64,000 bases of DNA from Lama glama (taxonomy: Eukaryota). The notes beneath the pieces are model-generated. The model saw only the letters and a list, made by a program, of their open reading frames with translations, did no database searches and was not told the DNA's origin. Made by a program: the position numbers and the translations under genes. Each line of letters opens with the position of its first letter. Within the stretch, counting starts at the first letter, position 1. Of this stretch, positions 28,200 to 40,200 are shown piece by piece. Location of the stretch: the NCBI GenBank assembly GCA_028534125.1, contig CM052818.1, positions 38,938,001 through 39,002,000 of the forward strand, read 5' to 3'.

Positions 28200-29400
28200 C
28201 ACAGGCGCGAACCCTGAGTCCTAGCTGACGTCTTCTCCTCCTCACCTGCAACCAGGAAGACCAGGCTGGTCCTCCTTGCTGTGTGTCCCAGGTCCTTCGT
28301 GCCTCTCATAAACACTGCCACCCTCTACCCCAGGTCCCCTCTATAGTCACTCTCTTCCTCATTCCTTACAGCCCAAGGAGCTAGATTCATCTTCCAAAGC
28401 ACCACTCTCCTCCCCAAAGCTGCAGGTTAACTCAAGCCCCGATGCCTCACTCGGGGCCCCCTATTATCTGAGCCAAACTGCCCTCACAGCCTCACTTGGC
28501 CCCATGGACTTCCTGGGCCGCCCAGTCGGGCCCCACCACACCCCCAGAGCAGGCGGGCCGGGGCACGTTCCCAGCACTGCGCTTGAAACAGCTGATGGAG
28601 ACTGTACAACTGCCCGGTTGCCCATAGAGATGGGGTGGAATCCCTCCCTGTCTGAGGTTCCCACTCAAGAGGCCCCTCTCTGGGCTGCGATGATTAACAG
28701 TCAGGAGTGGCGCCAGGATCAATGACTCGCAGACAGAGCTGGGGCTCCTGGAGCAGGGTCAGCGGACAAAGGCAGTAACTTGGGTTCACCCGGCCTCACA
28801 GGGCCTGTGCCTCACAAGATCCCCGATCCCCGGGGCCTGTGGGAGGGCCCGGGACACGCCTGCGCCCAGTGAGAAGGGAGGCTGAGGCCGGGCTCTTCCT
28901 TCTCTGCCAAGTGGCTATCTTCCTACCTGGTTCTTGTCTCACCATCTAAGTACTTCTCTGCCTTTTGTCTCTGACCGGATCACCTGGCATTGGTGACATA
29001 CCAATCAGAGCACCTCTAACGGGACACTAGCTCTAAAGATGCTGTTTACTCTTATATTCAGAAATTCACCTTTTTTTTACTGCTAAGTTGTGGGTTTTAT
29101 TCATTTATTTTTATTTTACAGGGAGTGGATAATTAGGTTTTTATTTATTTATTTTAGCGGAGGTACTGGGGATTGAACCCAGGACCTCGTGCATGCTAAG
29201 CACACAGTCTACCACTGAGCTATGCCCTCCCCACCATGTTACAGTTTTAAGATAGCTTTGTTTCTGACTTTTTTTCTGAAGGACCCAAAGAAGACTTTGG
29301 ACTAAAGCAATAAAATTCTGACCTCTTAAAAAATGTATATAATATCACATAATTTTCCACATTTAAAAATTGCATAGTATTTTTTATTTTAAAGTTAAAA
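28200..29400 (+). repeat. Local duplication, copy A (near-identical core 28345-28913)
   Basis: Direct repeat of 49530-50630. About 22 differences over about 570 bp in the core by manual alignment; only patchy similarity in the flanks. Confidence 0.95.
29095..29232 (-). mobile_element. tRNA-derived SINE (Vic-1-like)
   Basis: Minus strand: ggggagggcatagctcagtggtaga...ggtcctgggttcaatccccagtacctcc plus A-rich tail. Confidence 0.9.
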
Positions 29401-29403
29401 GCA

Positions 29404-29733
29404 CATCAACACAAATGAACTTATTTACAAAACAGACTGACTCACAGACACAGAAAACAATCTTAACGATTACCGGGGGTGGGTGAGGGGAAGGGGGTGG
29501 GAAGGGGTAAACTGGGAATTCAAGATTTGCAGACACTAACTACTATATATAAAATAGATAAACAAATTTATACTGTATAGTAGAGAAAATTATATTCAGT
29601 GTCTTCTAGTAACCTATAATGAAAAAGAATATGAAAATGAATATGTGTATGTATATGAATAATTGAAACATTATGCTGTATACCAGAAATTAACACAACA
29701 TTGTAAGCTGACTATACTTCAGTTTAAAAAAAA
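29404..29733 (+). mobile_element. Young L1 3' fragment
   Basis: gacacagaaaacaa...gactatacttcag and an A tail. TSD ttaaaagca at 29395-29403 and 29734-29742. Confidence 0.9.
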
Positions 29734-30249
29734 TTAAAAGCATAAGTATACAAATATAAACTTTAGTCTATAAAAAAGATGTTTCCTAAGGGCATGTATT
29801 TCCGAGATGGTAGAGCAAAAGGAAGCCCATGGGAAGTGCTCTGTATTTATCGCAGCCGTTTCCATATCGGAAAGCTGAGAGAGCAAAGCCCTGGGCGGGC
29901 ATCCTAGGTCCAGTTTCAGGAGAAGAGATGCAGCGCTCTCTGCCGCTCCTCTTGGAGTCACCTCTCCCCACGCACTTAGGTGCAACAGTCATTTCTTCCT
30001 GTCCCTCTTTCCTACCTGGGCAGCCAGATATCTCTGCCCCCTTGACGCTCTTTAGTTCTGTAACCGCATGAGCCTTCTGGGATCTGCTCTAACTTTTCTT
30101 CCTTTCTTTAAGAAATTTGACTGTCCTCCCTTTTACCCAAAGCCACAAAACCCCTCCTTCCCAGGGATATGTCTCTTGTTTCTTTCCCTGTTCAAGCAAG
30201 TTGGCAGCTTTAAACATTAACTAAAGGATCACGTCTTCCCAAACAAGTT

Positions 30250-30810
30250 TTGTCAGACCAAAGCTTTTCTAGTTGCAAGAAATAAGGACGTGTTCAAACC
30301 CACTTTAGCCCAAACTGGAAATTTATTATAAGGTATCAGGTTGCCCCAGACAATCACAAAGCAGGAAGGACAGTCAGATGGCAGTTAGACCACAGAAATA
30401 AAAGTCCAGAACTGAAAAACAGCCAAGGATTAAGGCTACTGCCCTCTCAGGCTTTCCCCCCAACTCCTGATGACCACACAATTTCTCAGCACCACCTCAC
30501 TGTGTATCTTCTTCGTTCTTCTCTCCGTGGTGGCTTTCTCTACTTCTCTGCTCACATGATGGAAGATGGCCCACAGAGATCCCAAGATTTACAATTCCTC
30601 AGCTCAAGCAACCATCAGAATTCTAATCCCAAAATTCCAAAAGAAGAAAACATTTGTTAAGATGCCCACCTGGAATATGACATAGATGTGACCCAGGGAG
30701 GCAGTCATGTAATACAAGTGTGGCTATGAGATCCACCTGTGTTGAAGGAACAGTTCCTAAAGAAGATGCTGTCCTGGGCAGATAACCCCAAACTTGGCAA
30801 TAGCTGTGTC
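30250..30810 (-). mobile_element. Old MaLR LTR (MLT1J/K-like) downstream of the SLC7A15 stop
   Basis: Antisense LTR end pattern ttgcaagaaataagga...tcaaac...aatttatt. Degenerate. Confidence 0.5.
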
Positions 30811-30929
30811 ATAGCAATTTAGAAACTTAGTATAATTATGCATAGTCAATCCAGAGAAGTTGGCAAGGCCACTTGTGTGGGGACAGAGGTGTCTACAGCA
30901 AAGAGGGCAGTGTGGACCTGTTCAGTCCT

Positions 30930-31163
30930 TCAGTCAGCATTTTTAGTGGTTGGAACAACTTCCAGGAGCAGCTGGAGATGCAGGGTAGCCACTTGTAAAC
31001 ACTTGGGTTGGCACCGGAAGTAGACAAACAGGAAATAGACCAGGAAGCCACTGAGCAGGAACAGGAGGACGTACAGGAAATCTGTCTGAGGTTGGTCAAT
31101 GATGGGTGCTAGCACCAGGTAGAGGGAGGCAGGGAGCATGATGGCAGGGATGATGGTGGGGAC
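30930..31163 (-). CDS. SLC7A15: SLC7A15 coding exon 6 (terminal)
   Basis: Acceptor acggcag, then VPTIIPAIMLPASLYLVLAPIIDQP...LHLQLLLEVVPTTKNAD and TGA. Confidence 0.93.
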   Translation of the reverse strand, partial: VPTIIPAIMLPASLYLVLAPIIDQPQTDFLYVLLFLLSGFLVYFLFVYFRCQPKCLQVATLHLQLLLEVVPTTKNAD

Positions 31164-34100
31164 CTGCCGTGGACACAGAGACCTGGATGATGAAGAGGGT
31201 CATAGGAGGTGGTATATGACCCCTGGGCTCTGTCCCTCCTGCTTGCCTTCCTGTCACTTCCACCTGCCACCAGCTCCTCTCTTCCGGTCCCTGCTGTGAT
31301 ACCTTGCCAGGCAAGGGGAGACACCTGCTGGGCCACAGGGGGCCCTCCAGGGAGCAGAGGCTTTGGGACCCAGCCTGATCCACTCTGTATTACATGACTC
31401 CCGCTGTGTGCATATGTCCTCTCTTCATTCATCTCCTGTTGCTCTCCCTCAGGTTCCTCCAGAGGAGAAATGAGGCCCCAGCAAGCAGAGTAGACGCCTT
31501 GTGATTCCGCTGTCCCTCCCCCCCGGGACATACAGAAATTATCTCCCAAATACGACAGTGGTCACCCCTTACATTCTTCCTCTGGGCCCTGAATGAGGCT
31601 GTGGTCCAATGATCCGCCTCATGCCACAGCCTTGAGTTGTACACGCCTCGTATGTATCCCAAAGTCTACCTTGTAAGGTCGGGGAAGACTCTTCTTCTTC
31701 ATCCGCAAGTACAGGAGACAGCTAATGGTGGTTCCGTAGGTGAGCCAGGAAAGGAAGCTGAAAGGCAGACACTAGCTGCTTACTGCCAGGCTCGGCCACA
31801 GGTGGGAGGGCAAGAGTGGCTGGCCTATAGTTGCAACCCGGGGCCAAGCTGCACCCTCGTCCAGGGTCTTTCAACCACCCCCAGCTCCCCTTACCTGTGC
31901 AGACTAAGGAAAGAAGGCAAGGCTGGGCCGCTGGGGACAAGGATGCACAGGGGCGGTGCACAGTGGCCCGTTCCTGCCTCTGTCTTCAGATACAAAGTGG
32001 CACATGTACAAGCCTCTCACCCACGTGGCACCAGATCAGGCCTTCTCTGACGGCCCCTGGCTGGACAATTTTCAAAGGGGAGGAGGAGAATCTGTGTTCC
32101 TCAAAGAAAGAGGCTGGTAGAATCTCAAGGAAGGCTGAGCTCTCCTCAGAGACCAGCACACTCATAGCAGACCCGCCCCACCCCACCCCCAACTTGAGAG
32201 CTGTGACATGAGTGCACCACTGGGCACCCAGACAAACCCCTGGCCTCTGCCTCCCCTAAGGGCTGATGTAGGTCTGATGAAAACTCCATGTGACCTTAGA
32301 GGCAAGGTTCAGACCAGGTCGTCTCTTGAGTTGGTCAAGACCAGGAGATATTGGGTCCTGGCTGAGCGGAATCATCCCAGAATTCTCATTCTGTACCGGG
32401 ACATTCTCAGTCAGGATCCCTGTCTCAGGCTAAATCCCCTAGAGACACCCTGGATTTGATTTTATTCACACCGTGTATTGATTTCATTCTTTCTCATGGG
32501 AAAAAAATAAAAAGAAAAACCATGTCTGTTACGTAATGTTCTGAAGAAAGGCACATGGAGCGCTGTACATCCTATTCCAGAAGACTAACTACACTTAAGA
32601 CAACAAAGCAGGAGAACATGTGATGCTTGAAAAATCATTCTAAGCACCCTCTCTGCCCCAGACATTATGCCTGCCTGTTAAGGATCTGCCCGTTGAATGA
32701 GGTTATAAAATGACAATTGTCATGGATGTCACAACAGCCCATCATTTCTGCCCCAGAGAAGGTGATAAAGAGGGTTACAACATCTCCGCCCTTTGATGCA
32801 GTCACTGATTGTGCCCACACAGCTTGGTTGTGGGTCCACCCTCAATTGGGTTCTGTGGGGTCAGATCGAGAATGCAGACCAGACTACAAGGGAAAAACTA
32901 CACCAAGCCCAGGGCTACAAGAGGTGTGAGTAAAGCCTGAATATATCCTTTCACGTCATCTTAAGGACAGAGTAAAGGGACATGAAGAAAGAAAAAACTG
33001 ACAAAGACAACACAAACCTTTAATTTGTCTCTCTCTGTGGTGAGAAATTGTCTCACTGAATTTTTGGAAACAGGACAAGAGAGGAGGAAACCACATTTAA
33101 TTCTGGAACAACAACTGAGAGAGAATGGCTGAAACCGGTGTGCATGTGCAGGATCCCTGAGCCTGGGCTTCCAGAAGTGTGTATGTGTGTGTGTGTGTGT
33201 GTGTACATTCATAGGAGCTTCTAGAAATGTGTGTGCATATGTGATTATATGTATGTGCATATGTGTGAGTGTGCACACACTGGGGACTTCTAGAAGTGTG
33301 CACATGGTAAGTGGGTACACATAGGGGCCATGAGATACTCAGCCTGGGAGGGCAGCCTCACTTGCCTCAAGAAGTTCACGATGGGGCTGAAGCTTCCCAG
33401 GATGACCAGGACCAAAGCCACCATGGTGGTGAACAGCAGGGCTGGAGCTGGTGTGAGGCGGTGCACATGAACCATAGACAGAAGTCGGGGCTGGGAAGCA
33501 AAGCCAGCTGTCAGGCAGCCCCCAGGGGGGATTGAAGTGGGTATCTGTCCCCAGAAGCTCCCACCCTCTTCCCTTGCCAAACTCTGGACACTAGTGTACC
33601 CAGCCTAACAGTCCCCAGTTCCCATGGCTTCCAGATGTAGGCCACCATGACTCACCGGGGGTGACTAGGCTCAGAGTGCAGGTTGGGGACCCATCCCTCC
33701 AGGCCAGCCAAGACCCAAAAGCTTAGGATGTGGGGTTAAGAGAGTGTGGAGGGTTGTAGCAGATGCCTGGCCGAATCTTTCAGCTTTTTATTGCTCATTC
33801 CCAAGACAGGAAGAGGGATTTGCAGGGGGGCGATGGAGACAGAGGAAGTTGGGGAAGAGGCCGGGGCAGGTATGGGTGGAGCATGCAGAGGGATATTGCG
33901 TTACTGTGCACAGTGTTATCATTCAGCAAACACCCAGTCCCCCTCTCCCCACTTCTGTGGGAGAAATACAGCTTCCATCCACTGATGCTGGACTTGCCAG
34001 CGAAGTGTGAGCAGGAGCAACCCAGCAGATCTAAATATGTGTAGTGGTCTGGCTGGGTCTCTTGAACTCCTGCCACCTGGTCTGGCAAAAGCATGCCCCA

Positions 34101-37100
34101 GGAGCCGCTTTGGCCTGGGTCCCTGAGATACGCACAGACTCACAGTCAGACTGAGAAGATCCAAACAGGAGCCCCAGCCTGGGGCAGAGCCATGGCTGAC
34201 CCACCGATGCATGAGCAACATGAAATGTTTGCTGCCGTAAGCCACCGAGGTTGGGGGTTGTCTACCACTCAGCGTTCTTGCAGCAAAAGCTGACAGAGTG
34301 GCCCCGGGGGAGGGCCCAGAGTACACACTGGCTCTGCTCCTGTGGTTCCTTCCCGCTGCCCCCACACCACCGGCGTGCGCAAACGTTCTCATCACCTCCA
34401 GCCTCCTCAGTGTGACCCATTAGGGTGATCTCCCAGAACCTGGATGTAAAGGGGCTGGCGTTTAAATGGGGAGGTATGAGATGCTTGAGTCCCACTCTCA
34501 GGAGAGGGCTGTGTCTTTAGGGCAAGTCCTGGTTTGCTCTGAATGCTAAGCCTCCGGCCGGAGAAGTCCCTCCAGCACCCCCCTTGCCCAGCCCAGACCC
34601 CATCTCACCATGTGGCCCTCTCTCGCAGCCACATAGCACACACGGCTTCCGCTGAAGAACGTCCCGTTGGCAGAGCCGAACGTGGAGAGTGCGACAGCCA
34701 AGGGCACCAGCCAGGCCCAGGCCCCCAGAACCTGGTTCCTAGGACAACAGAGGGATCAAGGGCAGGATCTCTTGGCAACAACCTGGAAGACGGACTCAGG
34801 AGCCCACTCAGAAATGGAGCAAGCCAGACCCAGGGGCAGGTTGAAACACTCATGGGGCACCAGCCTTCCCTAGGGCCGTGAACACGTCACATGACTCACT
34901 CACCCCCAGCTCACGGCCATAGCATCAGAGGAAAGGATCTCGCGGGGCGACAACACTAGCAGGTAACTGATGTTGACCAGGATGTACAAGCCAGTAACAA
35001 GGGGGATGGCAATCATCAGCGCCCACACCAAGTTCTGCTGCAGAGTCAGGGAGAAAAGGCCACATGTTAGCAAGTGAGGTCCTTTCCAGGCCCCCAGAAC
35101 AAGCTCAGCAGTGCAGCACCGAGCTTATCCTGGCCACAGGGCATGTGCCAAGCCAGGGGCCACTCAGGCCCTGTGCAACCTCCTCCATGAGCTCCGAGTC
35201 TCACGGCACAGACACACCAAGGGGCAGATGCGCTGGGAGGCCGTGAAGGGCACTGACAGTCAGAGCAGTGGAGGTTCAGAGGGCTGACAGGGTGGAGAGG
35301 GGAGAGGAGACACCGGCAGAGCCTCCGGAATGAGCAGGGCCTTATGCTGCGTTCTCCTTGAAGAATGGAGGCGAATCAGGCTGGTGGAATAGGGAGGCGT
35401 GCCCACCAGGGGCAACCACAAGAGCACAGGCGAGGAGAAGAGACAGGAAAGTTACAGCTCTCCAAAGTCAGCTGATAGCTCCAGCTAATATTCCAGGACC
35501 CACCACGCCAACCCTGCCTAGTTTCTGTGTCCCTGGGACACAGGCCATTACACCAGGGATTCTCTTCTGATCCTCAGTCTCCTCAAGTGGAAACTGGGGA
35601 TCACTGGGGGAACTGGGGATCATTGGAGATCACTGGGGATCACTGGGGATCTGTGAAATGGGGCTTCCCCACTGCTCTGCCTCTCTGCAGGGTGTAAGGA
35701 TCAGCAGACAGGAAGGGAAAGGAAGGGCTTGGACACAGGGACTGTGGGTACTTGGACTGGTTTGCACTGTTGGAGCCTCAGCACCCAGCCAACCACTGGT
35801 CACCCCCCAAAAATGTATTGAGCAGGCATTCAATAAAAATTGAGGAGTGATAAATTGGGAGGTTGAGATGCATAGATACTACCTACTGTATATAAAATAG
35901 ATAAACAACAGATTTCTACTGTATAGCACAGGGAACTATATTCAATATCTTGTAATAACCTATAATGAAAAAGAGTATGAAAATGAATATATGTATGTAT
36001 ATCCATGACTGAAACATTACACTGTACACCAGAAATTGACACAACATTGTAAACTGACTATACTTCAATTAAAAAATTAAAACAAAAACAAAAATTAAAT
36101 TAAGCTAAATTTAAAAATTGAGGAATGGATGAAAACTGGGTGAAATCAGAGTGTAGAATACACCCTCCTACTCTGCACCCCTACTTCTGGACATCATTCT
36201 GGAGCCAAGAGCAAACAGAGGGAAGGGGCCTCCCTCTGGAACTTTACCCAACACTCCCCAGGCTCAGGCAAGCCGTGGGTAGACATCTTTAGACTTCAAA
36301 GTAAGAACATACCTTAAAGTAAAAGAAGCGTGTCCACAGCACTCCTGGGTCTCCTGGACAGCTAGATGCCATTGGCTTACCTTGGTAAGGGTTGGCAAGC
36401 ACTGATGAAATCAGAGCCTCTCCCCTAAGTACCAACAGTTACCCCAGAGCATGGCACTGCTGTTCCTGACACTTACAACGTAACATGAAACAAAACAGAG
36501 AAGAGGTCCTACCTTACCAAGATGCAGGGAGCGCGCTTTCAACGAAGCACAGAGCGGTCCCTGTGGGGCTGCACCACAGTCCCAGGCAGACCTCCCCTAC
36601 CAACTAGATAGGACCCTCCCCCATTTAAGCATCTGCCCCTGAGAAGCGTATCTTCTGTTCTCCAATATTATATAAAAAGCAGTTTCTAGAGCTTTCTGCC
36701 AGGGCTGAGTTCTGCCCACAGAAAAATTTGAAGGTGGATCTGCAGGGGAGGGTAGGGGGCATTGAGGATGGAGAAGTAATCTCAGGGCCCGCTTCCAGTC
36801 CTTGTGATCAGCCTGGGTGCTACGTCTGTCCTCAAACACCCCCTCTCCCTTATTTTTTCCTTGAGACACAAACATGCCCTGTTCTGTCTGGTTCAGGTTC
36901 CTACTGCTTCTACATGGCTATTCTGCCAAAAACATCAGTCCTTTGAGGTTCAGCCCCAGCCCTCCTCTTCCAGGAAGCCGCCCTGACTACTCTGCCTCAT
37001 GGGAGCTCCCTTTTCTGAGCTCCAGCAGCAAGTGGGAGCAGTGCCCCAGCAAGCACACCTGCTTTACTCTATCCAAGCCTCTGTCCTGTCTCGTTTTGTC

Positions 37101-39944
37101 CTGTACTCCAAGGGCAAAGGCCAGGAATGGTGATCAATTCATCCCAGTTTGCCTGGGTCTTTCCAGCTCTAAACACTAAAAGTCCAACATCCCTGGGAAT
37201 CCCTCAGTCCTGGGCCACCAGGATGGTTGGTCACCCAACCTAGCAGGTCACGTAGCAAAGTTGTGATAGTGACGCAAATAGGACAGCAATGGATTCTCGT
37301 GTGAGATGGGTTCTCTCAGGTCCCTTCCAGGTCCAAAATCTGGGAATCTGAAGGCAAAGAAAATTGCCCCAATCATAGTAACAAATTCCTCATCACTGCA
37401 GTCTGCATGACCCAGCCCACGCCAAGTCAGAGGGAAGAAGCCTTGTGTGCCACTGAACTTGCCTCAGCTTGGACAGCCCACCTGCCAGCTAATGAGCTGT
37501 GACAGCTACAGAGGCATGAGTTGTGCCCCAAACAGGTTTCTGGCCAAGACACCATAAGAACAGTGAGATTTCCTGGTTTCATTCTCAAGTACCTTAACTC
37601 TCCACTCAAATCCCAGGGCATATAGGCATAAGGCTGGCCCGAATTTGGCAGAGGCTCTGTAGTTTCTTGAAAAAAGAGTGTGGAACAAACAAAGATACAC
37701 CTACCATGTGCTTCAGAGGGCAGAGGTAGAGGCAGAATTTTAAATGCTAGCCTTCAGAGGAGTGGTTTTGTTTTTGCTTTAAAATCCACATTTGTCCAAA
37801 ATGTTCAATATACAGCAAACTATGGCCTGTGGACCAAATCCAGCCAATTTGTTTTTGTAAATAAAACTTATCCAGATACAGCCCCACTCATTTGTTTACT
37901 TATGGCTGTTATCATGCTGCAACTGAGTTGAGTAGCCATGACAGAGACCGTGTGGCCTTCAAAGCCTAAAATATCAAGTCTCTGATCCTCTGTAGGAAAA
38001 GTTGGCCGATCCCTGCTCTAGAGCATGGGTGCTCATCTTTGGGCCCCTTACTTTTTCCCTGGACAGCTCTGAGCCCAGGGCCTGAGGGCAGAGAGAAAGG
38101 AGCCTAGCCTCCATCACCTAGGTGAGCTCTGCAACCCCTACTCCACCCCAGAGCCAACCTGAGTGCACCTTATCATTCACCTAACATTGCAACTGTACAG
38201 CTGTTGATAGCACTTGGAGCCCGAGCCATCCCCCACAGGTGATTATACCGTTTGGTACCCCAAAGCCCTGTGAAGTAGGCAGGCCAGCCCATTTTTATAG
38301 GCAAAGAATTGAGGCATAAGGAATTACACGCAAGAATAAAAACCAGGTACCAGGACTCCCGTCTCTCTCTGCTCTTAAACTTTAGTCTCCAAGCTCCTCC
38401 TCTCCTCCCAACTTCTCCCAAACCCCGCTCCAGGGAGCCTTTGCTGAGACGCTGAGAGAGGTAATGACCCTTAAGCCAGCCCTGAGACAAAGAGAAAAAC
38501 ACTTGCAGTTTTCATTCTATGAGAATTTAAAACTCCTGCAGGGGCAGAAGAAAACAAATAGCATCGTAGGCAAATAGATTGATAGCAAAGAGTCCATAGT
38601 AACTGTAGAGTCTGCACGTTTCATATGCCTCCCAGGGAGCCCTGCAGATCCATCCCCACCTCCAAGGGCAATGACTAGCCAGCCCCAGGTTCACAGGTGG
38701 GTTGAGCCAGGCAAGACTGGCCCGTTCTTCTGTCCCAAACCATGATGCCATGTCTTGTAGTGGCTCCCACACTTTGGCAAGTGTGAATTAAGTTGCATCT
38801 ACCACAGTGTTCCAGAGAGAGCAGTCCAGGAGAAAGCAAGCTGAGTGTCGTCAAGCATGGCCTCTTACTAGTGGTATGATCTCCAAGTCACTTCCCCTTT
38901 ATGAACCTTGGTTTTTCCACATGAAAAATGGGATGACAATGCCTACCTCCCAGGGCAACAAAATGAGACCATAGGTATGACACTGTAAAGTCCTCTGCTT
39001 ACTTGAGAAGTTATTATTCATATAATTACATAAACTTATCAGGATAGATAGTGGGCTGGCATTTAAGTCCCATGAGTACAGGAAGGGAGCCCTGTCATCA
39101 GCCAATTTCTCAGGGTCTTAGCTCAAATAACAATCATTGGAACTGGTGCTGTTCAGAGATTTCACCCCCTAAAGCAGTATCATGGACTCACATTTGGATT
39201 CTTGAGTTCCTCCATCACACAGTTGAGGCTGTTCCAGCCATCAAAGGACCACAGGCCCTGGTAGAAGGCCATGCCGATGTGCCCGGCCTGCTGCGATGTG
39301 TTGTGGAAGGCGAATAGAAGGGCTTGCATGCGGCCACGGCCCTGGCCCAGCACCACGGCGCCACCACCCACGATGACCAGCAAGGAGAGCACCTTGGTGA
39401 TCGTGCACACGTTCATCAGCATGGTAGCCATCCTCGAGCTCCAGTAGTTGACCAGCATCAGCAGCAGGATGCAGGTGGAAGCCACACCCTTGAGCACAGC
39501 CTGGGGCAGTGAGGAGCAGCCCGGGTAAAGGGGGACCGTGACATACTCGGCAAAGCTCAGAGAGATGGCAGCGATGGCAGCTGGTCTGCCCACCAGCACA
39601 AACGTGTAGATGACCAGGAAGGCTGGTAAAGACCCAAAGGTTCGTAGGATGTAGGCATATTCCCCTCCAGACTCGGGAACCAGGGTCCCCAGTTCAGCAT
39701 AGCACAGGGCACCCAGGGTGGCCAGAAGGCCACAGAGTGCCCAGACCACAAGACTGGCCCCGGGGCTGCCCATGTAGACCAAGACCCCCTGTGGAGACAT
39801 GAAGATGCCAGAGCCGATCATACAGCCAGCAATCAGGGACACAGCGCTCCACAGGCCCATGTCCCTCCTCAGCCGCAGCCCCCCACCACCCGGCTCCTGC
39901 CCGGCCACCCCCTCACCGCCATCTCCTTGCTGACTTCCCTCCAT
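30930..39944 (-). CDS. SLC7A15: SLC7A15 / arpAT aromatic-preferring amino acid transporter light chain; 6 coding exons, 1464 nt, 487 aa, uninterrupted ORF
   Basis: Exons 39192-39944, 34904-35037, 34609-34738, 33366-33490, 31670-31757 and 30930-31163 join in frame (753+134+130+125+88+234=1464). LAT-family motifs: IGSGIFMSP, LCYAELG, SGGEY, the heavy-chain Cys in PGC, GLWSFDGWN, AAREGHMP, QLLLEVVP. Adjacency to RHOB fits SLC7A15 rather than SLC7A9. Confidence 0.93.
31670..31757 (-). CDS. SLC7A15: SLC7A15 coding exon 5
   Basis: Acceptor cctttcag, then (S)FLSWLTYGTTISCLLYLRMKKKSLPRPYK, donor GTAGAC. Confidence 0.92.
33366..33490 (-). CDS. SLC7A15: SLC7A15 coding exon 4 (GC donor)
   Basis: Acceptor cttcccag, then PRLLSMVHVHRLTPAPALLFTTMVALVLVILGSFSPIVNFL, donor AG|GCAAGT. 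Confidence 0.9.
34609..34738 (-). CDS. SLC7A15: SLC7A15 coding exon 3
   Basis: Acceptor tgtcctag, then GNQVLGAWAWLVPLAVALSTFGSANGTFFSGSRVCYVAAREGHM, donor GTGAGA. Confidence 0.93.
34904..35037 (-). CDS. SLC7A15: SLC7A15 coding exon 2
   Basis: Acceptor ctctgcag, then QNLVWALMIAIPLVTGLYILVNISYLLVLSPREILSSDAMAVSW, donor GTGAGT. Confidence 0.93.
35591..35652. repeat. 10-bp minisatellite (cactggggat)n, about 6 imperfect units
   Basis: Directly visible in SLC7A15 intron 1. Confidence 0.85.
35847..36111 (+). mobile_element. Young L1 3' fragment in SLC7A15 intron 1 (antisense to the gene)
   Basis: gataaattgggaggttgag...gactatacttcaatt and a tail. TSD taaaaattgagga at 35834-35846 and 36112-36124. 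Confidence 0.92.
37810..38016. mobile_element. MER58A-like hAT DNA transposon
   Basis: gcaaactatggcctgtggaccaaatcc...aaagcctaaaatat...ttggccgatccctg. Confidence 0.75.
39192..39944 (-). CDS. SLC7A15: SLC7A15 coding exon 1 (251 codons)
   Basis: MEGSQQGDGG...ELKNPN followed by the donor GTGAGT. Confidence 0.95.
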
Positions 39945-39989
39945 CTCAGGACTTCAACAGTCACTGTATCTAACTGGGCAGAAGCAGAT

Positions 39990-40200
39990 GCTCCAATACC
40001 TATCAGGCTCGTGGGCTTCCTGCGAGAGTTAATGATTACAGTGCCTGAGGGAGTCTGAGCCAGGGGCCAGAGAGCCAAGACATGACACGTAGAAGGGACC
40101 AGCCCTTTATGATCTACCAGCCCCTCTTCAACCAGGCCTCAGGACGGGCAGGTTGCAGGAGTTATTTGCTGATGCAGCTCAGGAAAGGTCAAGGAAAGAG
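39990..40200 (-). promoter_or_regulatory. SLC7A15: SLC7A15 proximal promoter with an HNF1 site and GATA/CDX/nuclear-receptor-like motifs
   Basis: GTTAATGATTACA at 40028-40040 (HNF1 consensus GTTAATNATTAAC), CTATCA at 40000-40005, TTTATG at 40106-40111 and AAAGGTCA near 40184. Confidence 0.6.

Noticed and set aside
28464..28725. Small proteins encoded by the duplicated core (also 49766-50049)
   Set aside because: Single-base indels put the two copies in different frames, and there is no recognisable domain.
35591..35652. CRISPR-like array (also the repeats at 55670-55920)
   Set aside because: Eukaryotic context; these are a spacerless minisatellite and internal repeats of a MER21-type LTR.
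39180..39944. Stand-alone 254-aa truncated transporter
   Set aside because: It is exon 1 read into the intron; a GTGAGT donor and five in-frame downstream exons exist.
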